From contig CM120646.1 in assembly GCA_051362555.1 (NCBI GenBank), forward strand, positions 15,004,001 through 15,068,000: a DNA stretch of 64,000 nucleotides. The letters run 5' to 3'. Each line of letters starts with the position of its first letter. Positions within the stretch are counted from its first letter, which is position 1. The notes under the pieces are model-generated. The model was given only the letters and a program-made list of their open reading frames with translations. It was not told where the DNA came from and did no database searches. Below, piece by piece: positions 11,501 through 24,657 of the stretch. The stretch comes from Lingula anatina (Eukaryota; Animalia; Brachiopoda). Both the position numbers and the translations under genes were made by a program.

Positions 11501-14500
11501 TTTCAGAGTGGGACGCGACTTGATCAAGATAATTATAGAGCACAATTATATACACGACCTTCTCTGCTTCTTTTTATTATCTATTTATTTATCTTTAATA
11601 ACTGATTCCTATTTGTTTATTTATCCATCTTATAATCCAGTAACCTACGCGTAAATTATGTTTTCATAGCCTGGTTTACCTGATCCATTAGTTTTATGCA
11701 TCAAGCGGATCTGGGAAGGGAGGGCCCAGGTACGTTCTGGACCCCCTTTTCTTCAACGCTGGCCATAATCTCCCATAATGTACTGATTTTTAGAAATACT
11801 GGATCCTCACCTACATACGCCTGTGTATTTTAAAATTACTCAAAACATGCATCTAATACCACTAAGGAAACCCTATTCAGTCATACAAGTGAATTAAAAC
11901 GTACAGTTTACCTATTTTGGATAATATTTACAGTACAAAAACATTATATTTCAAAAACGTTCTCTCTCATAGCGTTGGGCCAACAACAGGTACTTTCTCA
12001 CCATTATCCCATGAAGTCGCAGGCAATATCTTATGTGGAGATGAAGTCGCAATTTATCCTATGAAGTCGATTTGACAGTAAAATCAGAGCATTTATCCCA
12101 TGAAGTGGTAATATACCATGAAGTATCTTAACAAACGTTTATTATGCCGTGTATGGGTCATTTAAATTTTACTAGTCATGAAGCAGAAGAGAAACCAAAT
12201 TTACTTTGTTTCATTTGCGTCGAACTTTGTTACTCAATGTGAAAAGTGAATAACTAAAGTCTTTTTACAAACGCCCATTGCCACTGAACTCAATAGGACT
12301 GAAACTGAAGTCTCATGCCGTAAACTTAATGAGAAAATTATTATAATGGGAAACGAGCAGATTTACCAAGTTCATGGGGAAGCTCGTGCCACACAATTGC
12401 GATAGATGTGCTCAGTCCCCCTGTCACACTCTGTGAAAAAGCAGCACCTGTAAGATAATGTAATATGTAATTTTTTTCTTGTTAAGGTTTCAACTATTTC
12501 AGCTATTAGCGGTGATACCTGAAAAGGCGAAGTGAATGTACTGACAAGAAAATACACTGCACCGTGCGCGAGTTCGCACCTGGACTGCATTTCATAAATG
12601 ATAAAGCAAATTAAAATAAAGATGAGAAAACAATATTTGTTGAAATCAAACAAAATGAATAAAATGAATGATAAACAATTGAAAATCACTTAAACCTAGT
12701 CAAAGTAACAAAAATGTATATAAATTCGTTTACCAATTGCTATTCCGTCACAGAAATTGTGTATCATATCTCCCATTATAACGATCCATGCCATAGATCC
12801 GATCATTCCTCCCTCAGCCCCGGCTCCGTGACTATGTCCGTGACCATGACCTTGAACTATGACCTCGACTGAAGGGTGTTTACCATTAGCTTGACTAATG
12901 TTCCCATTTTTACGACTGCCTTTTTCACTGTCAGTTGAAGATGAAGACTTAAGACGACGACGCTCCTCGTCGTCCACATCTCCACTTTTCTCGGCTTCTT
13001 CCCCGTGTTGGAGTTTGTCTAGCAGGTCGACAATATCTGCAAAGTTGATATAACCAATGCTGTAATACTGCCAAAGTAAACCAGCGAATTTGGACGTTCT
13101 AAGGTTCGGTGGACAAAGTGCAAAAATGACTTAGAAGCATGGTGAAGAAAACTTAAGGAGAATAACATTAAAACCCGTTTGTCGCACATGTATGTTGGTG
13201 TTATGCTCTCGAATCTGTCACGTTCTACCTATCATAAAGAACAGTTGCCTTCACAATTGTCTCCTCTGCAATTATCAAAACGAAAAAGCTTCAAGTACTG
13301 AAGTGTTCTTCAAGTGAAGATCTTTGAATGAGAAAATCAAAATCAATATCCATCTCAACTCGCGCATCTTTTGATGACAAACAGCGTAAGACCTACCTCC
13401 ACCGCCACTGTTGACCATCCGAATCACGTGTTCGGAGGGTCCAATATTTGTTCCCTCCTCCTCCATCTCCTCGTCAGACAGATCTGCCTTTTCATCTTCT
13501 TTTTGTGCGTCTAATTTCAGCTTCTTATTTTTCTGGAGTTAAATTTGAAGATATCACTTTTTATTTTTCTGGTTACGTGTATATGTTTAATTATTTCTTG
13601 TTGCCTAAATAAAAATAAAGAATCTGTTTAAAAATGATAATTTATTGTAAATATATTCGGGGTCAAAATAATCCGAGCCTGCGCGTTTTCACATATTCGT
13701 GAATATTGCACGTATAAGCATCATAACTGAAGATTCACAAAATAATCTTAGATCAATTTGAAATTTACCTTTCTGGCGGCATTCCTCTCAGAGAATATTG
13801 TCATAACTCTCTCCAACATGTAGAAGAAAAATATGCTGACCAAAGCCAAGGCACCTTTGAAAGTGGGATTAAGTCTGTAGTCATGGGGAAGTTGACACGT
13901 GCCTACTGTGTCCATGCCCTGCGCCGACCCAGCTATTATGCCATATGCCTGAAACAGTTTTCATTCTAACAGTGCAAAATGCAAAATAATAAATGTAATC
14001 CAACGTCGTGAAAAGCAATAATGAAATACAATACAATACAACAATATGTCCTTGTACTGCATAGTATACATGCACACAAGAACACAATGTTTTAAAACTG
14101 TACTCAAACAGACTCTTGTGAATTTGAACTTCCATGAAACTTCTCTTAAATAACCACGAAAAGTTGCGCTCAAATCCTTACGTCGGGTAGCAAATGCAAC
14201 ATGGCGTCCCCACTCAGAGTGCCGACAGCTGTGGCTATGAGGCATTGCATCATGTACTTGTAGATCGTCTTGTTGAGCAGGGGTACCATGGCGATGCAGG
14301 CAAGTCCAATCGCACTGTTGATAAACACGGCCAGGCAGGAGAAGCCCCAAACTGGAAAGTTGATATTCAGCATCAATAGTGAATCTTTCTGAAGTTTGTG
14401 TCATCAAAAGAAATTTGTTGTGTGTAAGAAAGTGGAAGGTGGATATAGATAAATAAAAAAGATAACAGTGAATCGAGTCTGAAATGTGCGTCGTCAAAAG

Positions 14501-15269
14501 AGATTTAATGTGTATAATTATTAGAAATTATTTGAGATACGTGTGATGTATTGTCACAACGTGCCGTTACTCTGAATGAAAGAATGGTAGCCCACCAATT
14601 TATGTGTCTGTTATAAAAGGAAAGTAGAATCCAGATTTTATTTTATAACATACACACTGAAAAACTAAGCAACTCACTTTTAGCAGTTGCGTGTGGGTCG
14701 CCATGGTATCCGGATTTCGGGGATTCGGTAGAATTTTCCTGTGAAAAATAAGGATAACAGTTGGATGTCAAAAAATGACCGTCAGCAGTGCTCGTCAACT
14801 GTTTACATACTCTCATAAAATCAGCGATACACACACAAAAAAGGAAGGTTCGAGATTAAATGTACAGTTGCTTATACTTGTAACGGGCACTTATATTTGT
14901 TACCAGAGTATTGATACAGCTGCTTAGTTTTAGTTTTAGTCCCAGCGGCGATGGAGAATACCTTTGAATAATATTTTATTTTATTTTATTTTATTTTTAT
15001 TTTATTCGCACAGTTCCACATCTCGTGGTGAACACCTCTATCTGATAAGAAAACAATAAGAAAATGTTCATTTGGTATTACACCATGCCCCAAAGAAGGT
15101 GCCATGAAAATACAGCATCTTAACCCACCTTTGAGACCGTATCTTTCGATAGAGTCACATTTAGAATCTCCCCAGTGTTCTGATAGGAGTAACTCTCGGA
15201 TGCCGCTGCACCCGCCACGGGGAAACACACGAGGAGGATGGCACCAAGAACAACTAGAGAAGAACCCAT
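7427..15269 (-). CDS. LIV-1 subfamily ZIP (SLC39) metal transporter, short-ectodomain paralog, about 465 aa, 9 coding exons
   Basis: Exons 15269-15129 (signal peptide [21 protein letters not shown]), 14738-14678, 14351-14182 (WGFSCLAV...[14 protein letters not shown]), 13948-13769, 13532-13397, 13036-12734 (HGHGHSHG...[15 protein letters not shown]), 12447-12367 ([27 protein letters not shown]), 8132-7945 ([16 protein letters not shown]...YIALVDM), 7564-7427 (LPEL...YETDATF*). Total 1398 nt, open frame, canonical splice sites. Confidence 0.92.
8237..12139. mobile_element. About 3.9-kb non-autonomous TIR element filling intron 7 of the short ZIP gene
   Basis: AACGTTTGTTAAGATACTTCATGGTATATTACCACTTCAT(A/G)GGATAA at 8237 is inverted at 12093-12139; repeated subterminal (G)ACTTCAT motifs at both ends; no clear TSD and no transposase ORF. 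Confidence 0.75.
9620..11190. repeat. Two opposed degenerate ~150-bp tandem arrays around a 345-bp hairpin (10218-10562)
   Basis: gtgacttggggtgtgg..ccctggggg motif at about 9620, 9775, 9914, 10076 (+) and its reverse complement at about 10701, 10830, 10954, 11176; central gaaatgtagagaacagcag ... ctgctttctctacatttc inverted repeat. Confidence 0.6.
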
Positions 15270-17123
15270 GATGAATCGGCGGTTGCGGAATCTGAAACAA
15301 AAAACTGCCTTGGTGGTGATCACCATCATGATACAACTAGTCGAGGAAAATTAAGGCGAAAGGCAACAAGAAAGCAAAGAAAATTAACTGTTGGCCTATA
15401 TATACCGACTATCAACATCCAAAAACACAATGGAGGTTGATTCAAGCTGAATCAAATGCTCGACATATAATCTAGAGCTCGTTTGATCTATGTCAAAGGG
15501 ATAGTAAGGATTACAAGCGTTTAGAAATTAGATATTGGTTGAAACGTGGCAACCGAGATGTCCGATTCATAGCAAGACAACACTGAACTTCACTGTACAA
15601 GCCACATTAACCTAGATCTTACATGTACATATATATATCAAATAACACACTTACACAATTTCTGTCGGCCTAGATTTGCAATTATGGATTGCGTAGCACA
15701 ACAATTCAATTTTTCAAGAAAATTCAAAGCTCATTTCTATTAACAACGTCCAGAACTCGTGTATGATTGATATCAAAGCAATGTCAGAAACGCTAATAAA
15801 TGGATTGTTCCTCACAACCACCAATACTTACCATTTACTGTTCACAGTGCGCCACGACATATGTAACCAAACGGAACAAAACGCTTTGCATTGGGCCAAT
15901 GACATCTGATTTCGCGCACACTATGGATGGATTTGATTCCGGAGGGCGGAATGTTCTCATTCAATGTATGACAAATAGTGCATACCATGTTTTATAGTTG
16001 TAATCCAAAACTATTGCCATTGACTTTATGAAAAAAGTTCGATTTGAATGGACTACAAAGTCGAATGCGTCCCTCTAAAAACGACATTTTTAAAGCCTAG
16101 ATTACTTGTGCCATGCGATATGTCAGTAAGGTGCTCGTGAGCTGCCCGTAAATCCCAATTCTTGCAACATCAGTGCGAAGGGAGGCGGTTGCTGTTCAAA
16201 ATCGTACGAAATCGTACAAATTTAAAACCTCCGTAGTCTCTTTAATATTGTCATGCTGAAACTTGTGCCAAAACTTTAAAGTCGTTAGCCTGAATGCTGT
16301 AGCATTATCAAAGATGACATCGCACAGTTCCCATTTATTTATTATTGAGTTGAATATTCGTAGCTTTGATGCAATTACACATTTGCATACCCTTCATCCT
16401 GTTGATGTTGAAATCGTTTATCTTGCTCTTAAAAACAAATTTAAAGGCTGGGTCACGTTATCATTTTGAAGAATGTTCTGCAAAGATATGTATGTCAGTA
16501 GGATAGAATTCAAGGAGTGTGTGACCTAACTGCTTTTACTAAAGCAGGGAACTTTACAATAACAGGCGATGAGTGAGTTTTCTCGTATGGACAATAAAAT
16601 CTTTCGAAAGTTATAATTTTTAAAAAAACAGTTTCATAGAGGGCAGCATAATTTTCTATTTAATTATATCATTATACGGTGGTAGATTTTACCATTTTCT
16701 ATTATTCAAGAAGATAAAATCAGTTATTTATTTATTTCATGCAGTTCTTAATTTTAGAAAAGTGGGTAGGAATAATGGAAAATCATGTCAACTAGACCAT
16801 ACACGGGACAAGAAACTAAGGACACTCTTGTCACTCTTGTACTTCTATTTGATTACCGCTTTCTGTGGTTCTGCTGATGCTTCTGCAGCATTTTTTTCAT
16901 ATTTTGATAATTTTTCAAATAAAACTTTTATAAAATGAAACGCAAAGTCGTGTCATTTGCAGATACACTTTTAAATCAATATAAAATAAAATATTAAATG
17001 TTTTACTGACCGATAGCAAAGATCTTGAAGAGCCCTATCGTTTTGCGGTAAAACTATACATTAGAGTGATAGATAATCTCATTCTACCTGATTCAGGCCC
17101 TATGGACGCACGCCTGCTTCTTT

Positions 17124-17380
17124 GGCTTCGTTCACATGCAATGTCTATTTTCTAAATTCTATTTTCTATTCGTGCTATCTTATGATCACGGTCTGTGCCC
17201 TGAATATTCCGCCGCGTAATTACTGGCAGCGCGAGCCAGTTACTTATTGTAACTTATAGTAACTGGCTCGCGCTGCCAGTAATTACGCCGCGGGATATTC
17301 AGGGCACAGCCTGTGATCATAAGACATACCGCGAATAGAAAATAGAATTTAGAAAATAGACATTGCATGTGAATGAAGCC
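17124..17380. mobile_element. Palindromic PIF/Harbinger-like MITE, family B
   Basis: Near-perfect full-length hairpin GGCTTCGTTCACATGCAATGTC ... GACATTGCATGTGAATGAAGCC, TTT on both flanks; homologous to 28656-28899. Confidence 0.85.
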
Positions 17381-17560
17381 TTTATTTCCAACCCATTACC
17401 TGTGGCCGTTGTATACAAATATGAAACTGAAAAAATTGGCACGCATCGGCTCTTAAACTAAGAGTTTCCCGCACTCACAAACTAATTGACATGCAAGTGT
17501 TTAACACTTAAAGCACACTGAACTTTACACATTATACTCTAAAAGCGTTCCGATGTCTTA

Positions 17561-17995
17561 GGGATCATTCCCAATGAAACTTTCGTTCTACGTAGATCGA
17601 TCAAACTCCGCGTAGACTCTCGCTTTATGCATTTAGGTTAGCAGATATCTATATTAACATGTTTCCCCCTAATCACAAGCTACTCTGGTCTCTACTCAAC
17701 GCCAAGAGTTAATATAAAGATTAAGGCTCTATTCCCATAGATTTTAGATCGATCTATCCCCGCGGGGAGTCTCACTAGATTACTTTCAGATAGTCCGGCT
17801 TAAATGTCCGTCCCGCCTACTACAAGCTGTAAGGGGGTAATTAACTTTCGTGTCCGCCCGGCTGACAGCTACTTAGCGTGAACCCCCAGGGAGTTAGGTC
17901 GATCTAAAGTAGGTTGATCTAATCTATGGAAATGGGGTGTAATATGTTAATCTGATTGATGCACGCAGAACGATAGTTTCATTGTGAATGATTCC
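17561..17995. mobile_element. Older Harbinger-like MITE containing a nested family A MITE
   Basis: GGGATCATTCCCAATGAAACTTTCGTTCT ... AGAACGATAGTTTCATTGTGAATGATTCC inverted ends, flanked TTA/TAA. Confidence 0.7.
17725..17939 (+). mobile_element. PIF/Harbinger-like MITE family A, copy 1
   Basis: 215 bp; ATTCCCATAGATT..AGATCGATCTA TIR; TAA TSD; internal GGGGTAATTAACT and GAACCCCCAGGGAGTTAGG. Confidence 0.88.
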
Positions 17996-20900
17996 TAAGA
18001 CACCGCTCAGGATATGGCAGTGTATCGGTAACTTTACCTTTGACTTATTTGCACTTCTTTAGCTTTCCCTCAAAGGTACCGCGTGTAATCGGTCAAGGTC
18101 TATAATTCTCCTGCAATAATTTTAAGACGCACGCTTGGGTAGTCCGTGTCTTATAATTCTTATAACTTGATATTGAAGTTTAATATCTGCAGAATTTGGC
18201 ACAACGTTTCAATACGTCTCTTTTGTCTGCACACAGTTAATTCAGAAGCACGACACGTGAACAATCAGATCGGAGTCCTCAAAATGTAAATGATTCCTCA
18301 GGTATTCAAAAAGTACAAACACTGCTTGCTGTGATCCTTTTAAACCTTAGAGGATACAGAAACGGCACGGGTTCCTCCAAAGATCTGTTTTTTGTGCAGG
18401 CTTCCAACTGGATCCAGATCTGCCGGATGCGCAGTTAGTGAGTCCTGTACAATAAGAGAGAGGTGTTCCCTTCTGTTTTTATCTTCTCCTCTTTGCACGT
18501 GATTTACATTTCAGGGTGAGCATTGGGTGACATGTAGGCCTGTCAACATATCTATATTTACCCCTGATGTCATGCTGGCGTTGCTGTGTTAAGGTCGCAA
18601 ATGTAAAGAAACGCACCCTTCAAAGAGACTGTAAATACGATATGTTAAAGAATGTTATCTTATGTTTGTTAAAGTGGAATATAACATTTCATCTGTCGTC
18701 TGAACTCGTCTACGGTTTTATAGGCCTCGATGCCCCCTTTATCATTGTATTTGACAAAAAATCCTTCCACACATATGCCACCTCTCGTTCTCTCTCCCTC
18801 TCTCTCAGGCAAATACACTGGTTTGCTGTGCTCATCAGAGAAACCCAGAAACGACGCTGAAAGCACCACAAACATATGTGATTGAATAAATAAATAAATA
18901 AATAAATAAACAAATAAATAAATCTTTGATTAAATGATTTACAAATCAATAATTGAAGGCCTAAGACTGAAGACGCCCACATAGAAAATCTTCAAAAAGG
19001 TAGTATCCATTTAAAAGAAAAAAGTAAAAAGGATATTCAGAGAGGACCTCTTTTGGCCAAAAAGACGGTTTGCCTTCCTTTTTCCCCTTACCTGCATGCC
19101 TTGGGTTTAAAGCCCTGATTTCCGTATTCTATATTCTAACCCCGTGATGCGGGTTCTATGCCCTTAGAAGACATTTTCAGGGTATATGGTGTGCATTCAT
19201 GAGTGTATGTGTTTGTAAATCAACGCGTGGAGGAAGAAGGGATATGTTCCTACAAGAATTGCGTGACACCTGTGCTTTCCAGTAGCTTTATGAACGTAAA
19301 TGTTTGTTATCAACTTCAGTTCAGGCTTTTGTTCTTTTTATTATTAGTTATGAATGTATATTGCAAAACCATAAACATCCTCCAAGAACTATGAATAATT
19401 AGGAAAAACTAACGAGCTATGAACAACTAGAAACTCCACACAATCAATTCGACACTTGTGGAAATAAAACAAAAGGTTGAATAGAGGTTATTTGATTTTT
19501 TAGAAGTTGGGCTAGGCCTATTTTTGAAAGAATGTGAATATAGTGAAATATTAAAAATTTTATTTATATTTTTTTATTGAGAAAAAAGAAACCAAACGAG
19601 AAATGATTACGCTGTTCGGTTGTCGACTCCAGTAGACTGTGTTCAAATTTTTTATATGTTAAAAATTAATGGCATTACTACATGTATATAATGGTACTAT
19701 TCCGAATACAAATAGTGTTATTGCAATGAATCAACCATAGAAAAAATGCTAATTTAACCAGCTTGTCCCGTACATAAAAGAGGAGGCATTATCGACCTTT
19801 TAAGTTGCTGGACAGAATTTAAATAGCGACTGCAAAAGTCGGCGACTGAAGTAATGCGCATTTTCAACTCACATTCTGCTTTAACTTGTAACACTGGGCA
19901 CAGAACTGTTGCCACATAATTTGCATTATTTTGGTACTTTGTTCCACTTCCCCAACCTGAAAATATTTTAATTGCCATTGCTTGAGTCAGGTATATTGAT
20001 TCTGCTGTAAAACCGTCACAGCAAAACAGAAAAAAATAATGTGCCTCAAGTTTTCAAAATCTTTGATGGTTATTAAAAGGTATTTTGCATTATTTAACAT
20101 AAAGCATAACCGTCAAGAGTTGGTGTCAGTAAGAGAAAATTCAAATATATTTTTTTAACTTCTAAAAATGTTGACATTCTGGCCTGGAATCGATAAACAG
20201 CGATAAAACAGAAAAATAAAATACCCATAGTTTCAAAGCTAGGCGATGAGGCCCGCAACTGCATCAACATCTATGTCTATGTATCATGCTTAAAAAGGAT
20301 CATCCACCTCCGAGCCTTCCTCTTAAGGGTGATGAGCATAGCTAGAGTACCCGTGTCAGACGTACTGGAAGGACATCGGAATCGTGTGTGTGTTTGTGTG
20401 TGTGTGTGTGTGGGGGGGGGGGGAGTAATCATTCATGAAAGAAATAGAAATGGAAAAGGGCCTATGACAGTCCTGGTTGAGAAAGAGGGAGCGGCTGAGC
20501 CCTCCTCTTCTTTCCAAGCCCCTTTGGTCTACTTGGTTCGTAAAGAATCCATGCAGCCACTGCTGCACCCACCAAAAGGCTCAAGGTCCGCCTAACTGTT
20601 CTAACATTTTATAACAGCTAGATGAGTATCTGGTTAAGAGTAGTGCGTGTATGTGCGTGCGCTCGAGTTTTGGGGGATATTTGGCTTCTTGGTTTTCGCA
20701 GCATTGGGCAAAAGACCCCGTATTAAAAACAGTGCGTTTGAACGAGGTGATACTAAATAAGCTGTTATTAAGGCAGACCTTCAAATAATCATAGGTGCTA
20801 GATTTCGCTTACTGTCTCACTGGACCTCGTCTGCTCCTCCACAACGCGGCATGGCGTTTACTTCACACATCACTTCAGCAGTCCCATTCACATCGTTTTA

Positions 20901-21147
20901 GTCGTGAATCATTTCGTATACAGAGGCTGTTTTATGTCCACCCTTGCAGAACACATCAGGTCAAGTCCCAATTGCAAAAAATGAACAGGGCTAATACCAG
21001 ATAAGACATCAGGTACTTTTAGACAAAGAGAAGATAATGCTAAAACAATTAAATCGCCGTTATTCACACAAATTGGTCAGAATAAGCTCTTTTGCTTTAT
21101 AATGGGGTTGTGCGCGTGATTAGCGGGTTAGAATATTGTCAAACTTA

Positions 21148-21372
21148 CACACCATTTCCATAGATTTTAGATCGATCTATCCCTGTGGGGAGTCTCACTA
21201 GATTACTGTCAGCTTAGCCGGCTTAAGCGTCTGTCCCGCCTACTGAAAGCTGTAAGGGGGTAATTAACTATGGTGCGCGCTCGGCTGACTGCAATTTAGC
21301 TTGAACCCCCAGGGAGTTAGGTCGATCCAATTCTTAATCCCTGGATCGATCTAAATCTCTGGGAATACACCC
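21148..21372 (+). mobile_element. MITE family A, copy 2
   Basis: Homologous to 17725-17939; TTA TSD. Confidence 0.88.
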
Positions 21373-21657
21373 TTAGATGCAGACACAATTCAGGCGCTAT
21401 ATGGAAGCAGTCAAGACACGTGGCTATGCTTTTTTCGTAAAATGAAAGGAGTGAAATTATCAGTTAAAAATATTAAATTTCAAGAAAAATTACTACAATA
21501 TTAGTTCCAAGACTTAATTTTCATTTAAACTAAGGTGCAAGCGCACGAGTCAGATTTGTTGACCCACAGGCGACCAAACATGATTTAGTAACGTCAATAA
21601 CTGGGGTGCCAAGTGTGATGTTACACTTCAGGTAACACAACACACTGATGCTTATAA

Positions 21658-21871
21658 CGGAGCGTTCAGATTCAGACATCGTACCAGCTGGATTAATCTA
21701 ATGATGCGGGGATTCTCGCCAAAGGGCACTCATTGTTATCAGCTTCATTTTCTTACACGCCTCCTCGAGCAGCTAAGGGGTAATTAACTGCAAACGAAAG
21801 CTAACTTAGCGAGAATCCACGCAGAGTTGGATCGATCCAGCTGGTACGATGTCTGAATCTCGACGCTCCCG
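21658..21871. mobile_element. MITE related to family A with different TIRs
   Basis: CGGAGCGTTCAGATTCAGACATCGTACCAGCTGGAT ... ATCCAGCTGGTACGATGTCTGAATCTCGACGCTCC; internal AAGGGGTAATTAACT shared with family A. Confidence 0.75.
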
Positions 21872-23007
21872 AAGTGAATTTACCAAAGCCTAGTATCACG
21901 GCCATTATTGAAAATGTCAGTTGGCCTGTGCGATTTTCCTTCATATTTCAGAATGATTTTACTGTACAAGACATGTCTAAAAATAACACACACCACTCAA
22001 TACATTTATTTAAAAACAAAGGCTTTTGTTTTTACAAAACTGTACCAAATGTACAAAACCAGATGAATAAAAAATATCTCACACAGCAAAAAGTACGTAC
22101 TGGCCAAAAAGAGCTTATTATCAAAAGATAAAGGTGAATCATCTCTGAAATTATCCAAATAAAAGATGGATTCAGGTAATAAATAGTAAACCAATCATTA
22201 AAAGATCAATAACGTAAGGCGCGTGTGATTATAAGTTTTGCATCACAGCTTAAACCCCCAAGAGGATTGCAAAAGATGAGCAACTGCTTTCATGATGAAA
22301 GAGCACCGTTTTGTCTATCTTCATGCGATTTAATCAAAATGCGTCCGTTAGTCAAACTAGTATATGCCTGCATGACGGGTCCTCATTTGAGATGAGCACT
22401 TAGGCAAAACCGTTATTCCCTTAAAATAAAACAATCTTTCAAATCTAAAGACGTTTCTTAGTGACCCAGATATTACAAACTACAGTCTTAATTCTGGTAT
22501 ATTCATTTATTTCAAAAGAAGAAAAAACTCTACATATCCAAGTGTTCTAACTATCTACATTACAGCATAAGAATTGAAAATAGTACAGTAAATTCCCGCT
22601 GTTAACATCGTGAAAAGTAAGTACCAACCTTCTGGGAAAGAACATGCATTCGAAACAGACGACAATAACTTTTTTACACGACGTTACGACACTATGGCCA
22701 TTTTCATTGAGCTTTATTGGGCAATTACTATTAGAAATCACTTGGGCAATTACTATTTGAAATCGCTTATTCTCAACGCAAGCGTGTCACAACTTTAATG
22801 GCATCTGCAAAATAATTATAATTATATGAGGAATTTAGACTACCTAAAATATGTTGACTCGACTGTTCAGCTACGCCTGGACTTCATCATTAAAAATTCC
22901 ACTAGTGTACAAAACATGGAGGCACATACAGGTAGCTACATTTTTCGGTTTGTAAACACTGCACATGCTACTACAGAACATTTTGTTACTGGGCAGCTGG
23001 TGGCCTG

Positions 23008-23154
23008 GGCCCCGTATCTCGAAAGCATCGTGCACTGCGAATAGCGATATCACATAGAGGCTACAATGTTTTACATGGGGCGAGTTTGGGCGAGTTTTGG
23101 AATCGAGAAGATTGCGCTCGGTCGCAATGTGCGATGCTTTAGAGATACGGGGCA
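23008..23154. mobile_element. Harbinger-like MITE with CTG TSD
   Basis: CTG|GGCCCCGTATCTCGAAAGCATCG ... CGATGCTTTAGAGATACGGGGCA|CTG. Confidence 0.75.
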
Positions 23155-24620
23155 CTGAGATCCCCATCTGAACTTCTGATAAAAAAACTTAAATATTTGT
23201 TCTGCTCTTTTACAAATAAGCATGGAATTCTTCCAATCATGCGGAAGGGTTTACAAAAAGCATTATCGATCAGATTTTCTCATACTCCAAGTACCTTAAA
23301 CGACTTATTTTCAACAAGTGTAAAGACCAGTCCTAAAATATTGGTTTTATATGTATATTTTTAATTATTGGACAGCATTACTCAACATAACTAATGCTTC
23401 ACCAAAGGGTGACGTATTGTTGATGACATGCCTCACAATTTGTTCCAGCGATTCGATGAATAAAACGACAAACATATGAACTAAAAGCATACTTTCGTTT
23501 TTTTATCTCCTGAACTTGAGGTGAATGAAATAAAGAAAATAAAACATCATTCAGTTTTCCCATTTCACAGTTTCATTCATTCTTAACTAGACATTACAAA
23601 AGTTAATAAGTGAAACACAATGGTGACCTACAATTTAATTAAGAAACGTTATGATGAGAATGCAGACAAGGCTTCAAACAAAGGACTACATGTTGCAATG
23701 TCAACAACTTGTTCCTTGGCTCATAACACACACTATAACAACCTAGTCTGAACCACATCCAACAGTATTGGTGAGCGCCAATCATGGTCAATGTAATATT
23801 CAACCATTTTAATCTCAATGCAACTTGCTGAGCGCCATTGCAGGTCAACAACAGATCTTACTCCAAGTCCTCACGAATTTGGAAATACTTCATGCCTACC
23901 ATCTTCTGAGTGTATTTATAAAGGCTATCAATAAAACAAACCAAAAATATGACACATGACATTTGGCTAACACTTACCTTCTTAATAATTCTTTAAAATT
24001 TCACATTTAGTCACTGTATTCAACATCAAGCTGAAGACGAGTCTACTGCCACCAAACACGGCAGAACCATTTTGAGCATCGATAGCAGTGACAGATACTT
24101 AAACAAATGTCTTCATTTGCATGCGCTTAAATTTTGAAATTTGAAATGGGGAAAAACATTTAAAGATTTGTCCTTCGTATTTACGAAGTATACCTACAGC
24201 AGCAGCCAGGTGGTCATGCCACTTTTATGTATATGTTCCCGTTTGGCATTATGAAAACCCAATTGACCTTTCAAAGAAGTGGCAGAAAAGCAGATCAAAG
24301 ACAAGTTGGAAGACAATATTATGACTTCTTAAAGTGAAAGTGAGATAAAGGTTATAGAGAACCCTGTACCTATGGCAGAGATCCAGATCTTTCCCTTTAG
24401 AAATGGTATACATTAATATTCAGATTGCAGTTAGACTGTATCTCAACTCTCATGCTTCAAAACAGACCCATAGTCATAGAGATGGAAGCTTACAGAAATG
24501 AGACCTTATAAGGAAAGTTTCCCACCTTCATTATCTCCTCCAACATTAGTTGACCTATTATTGCAAATTCCCAATCTGAACAAACAGTGAAACCTCACAT
24601 CATTTAAATATTATATGGAG

Positions 24621-24657
<37 letters not shown>

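Noticed and set aside
7427-15269. Short ZIP as a pseudogene
   Set aside because: All nine exons splice in frame with canonical sites, there are no stops, and the signal peptide and metal ligands are intact.
24621-24656. Poly(A) tract as a retrocopy or SINE tail
   Set aside because: No TSD or recognisable upstream element; more likely a poly(U) tract in the ZIP 3'UTR.
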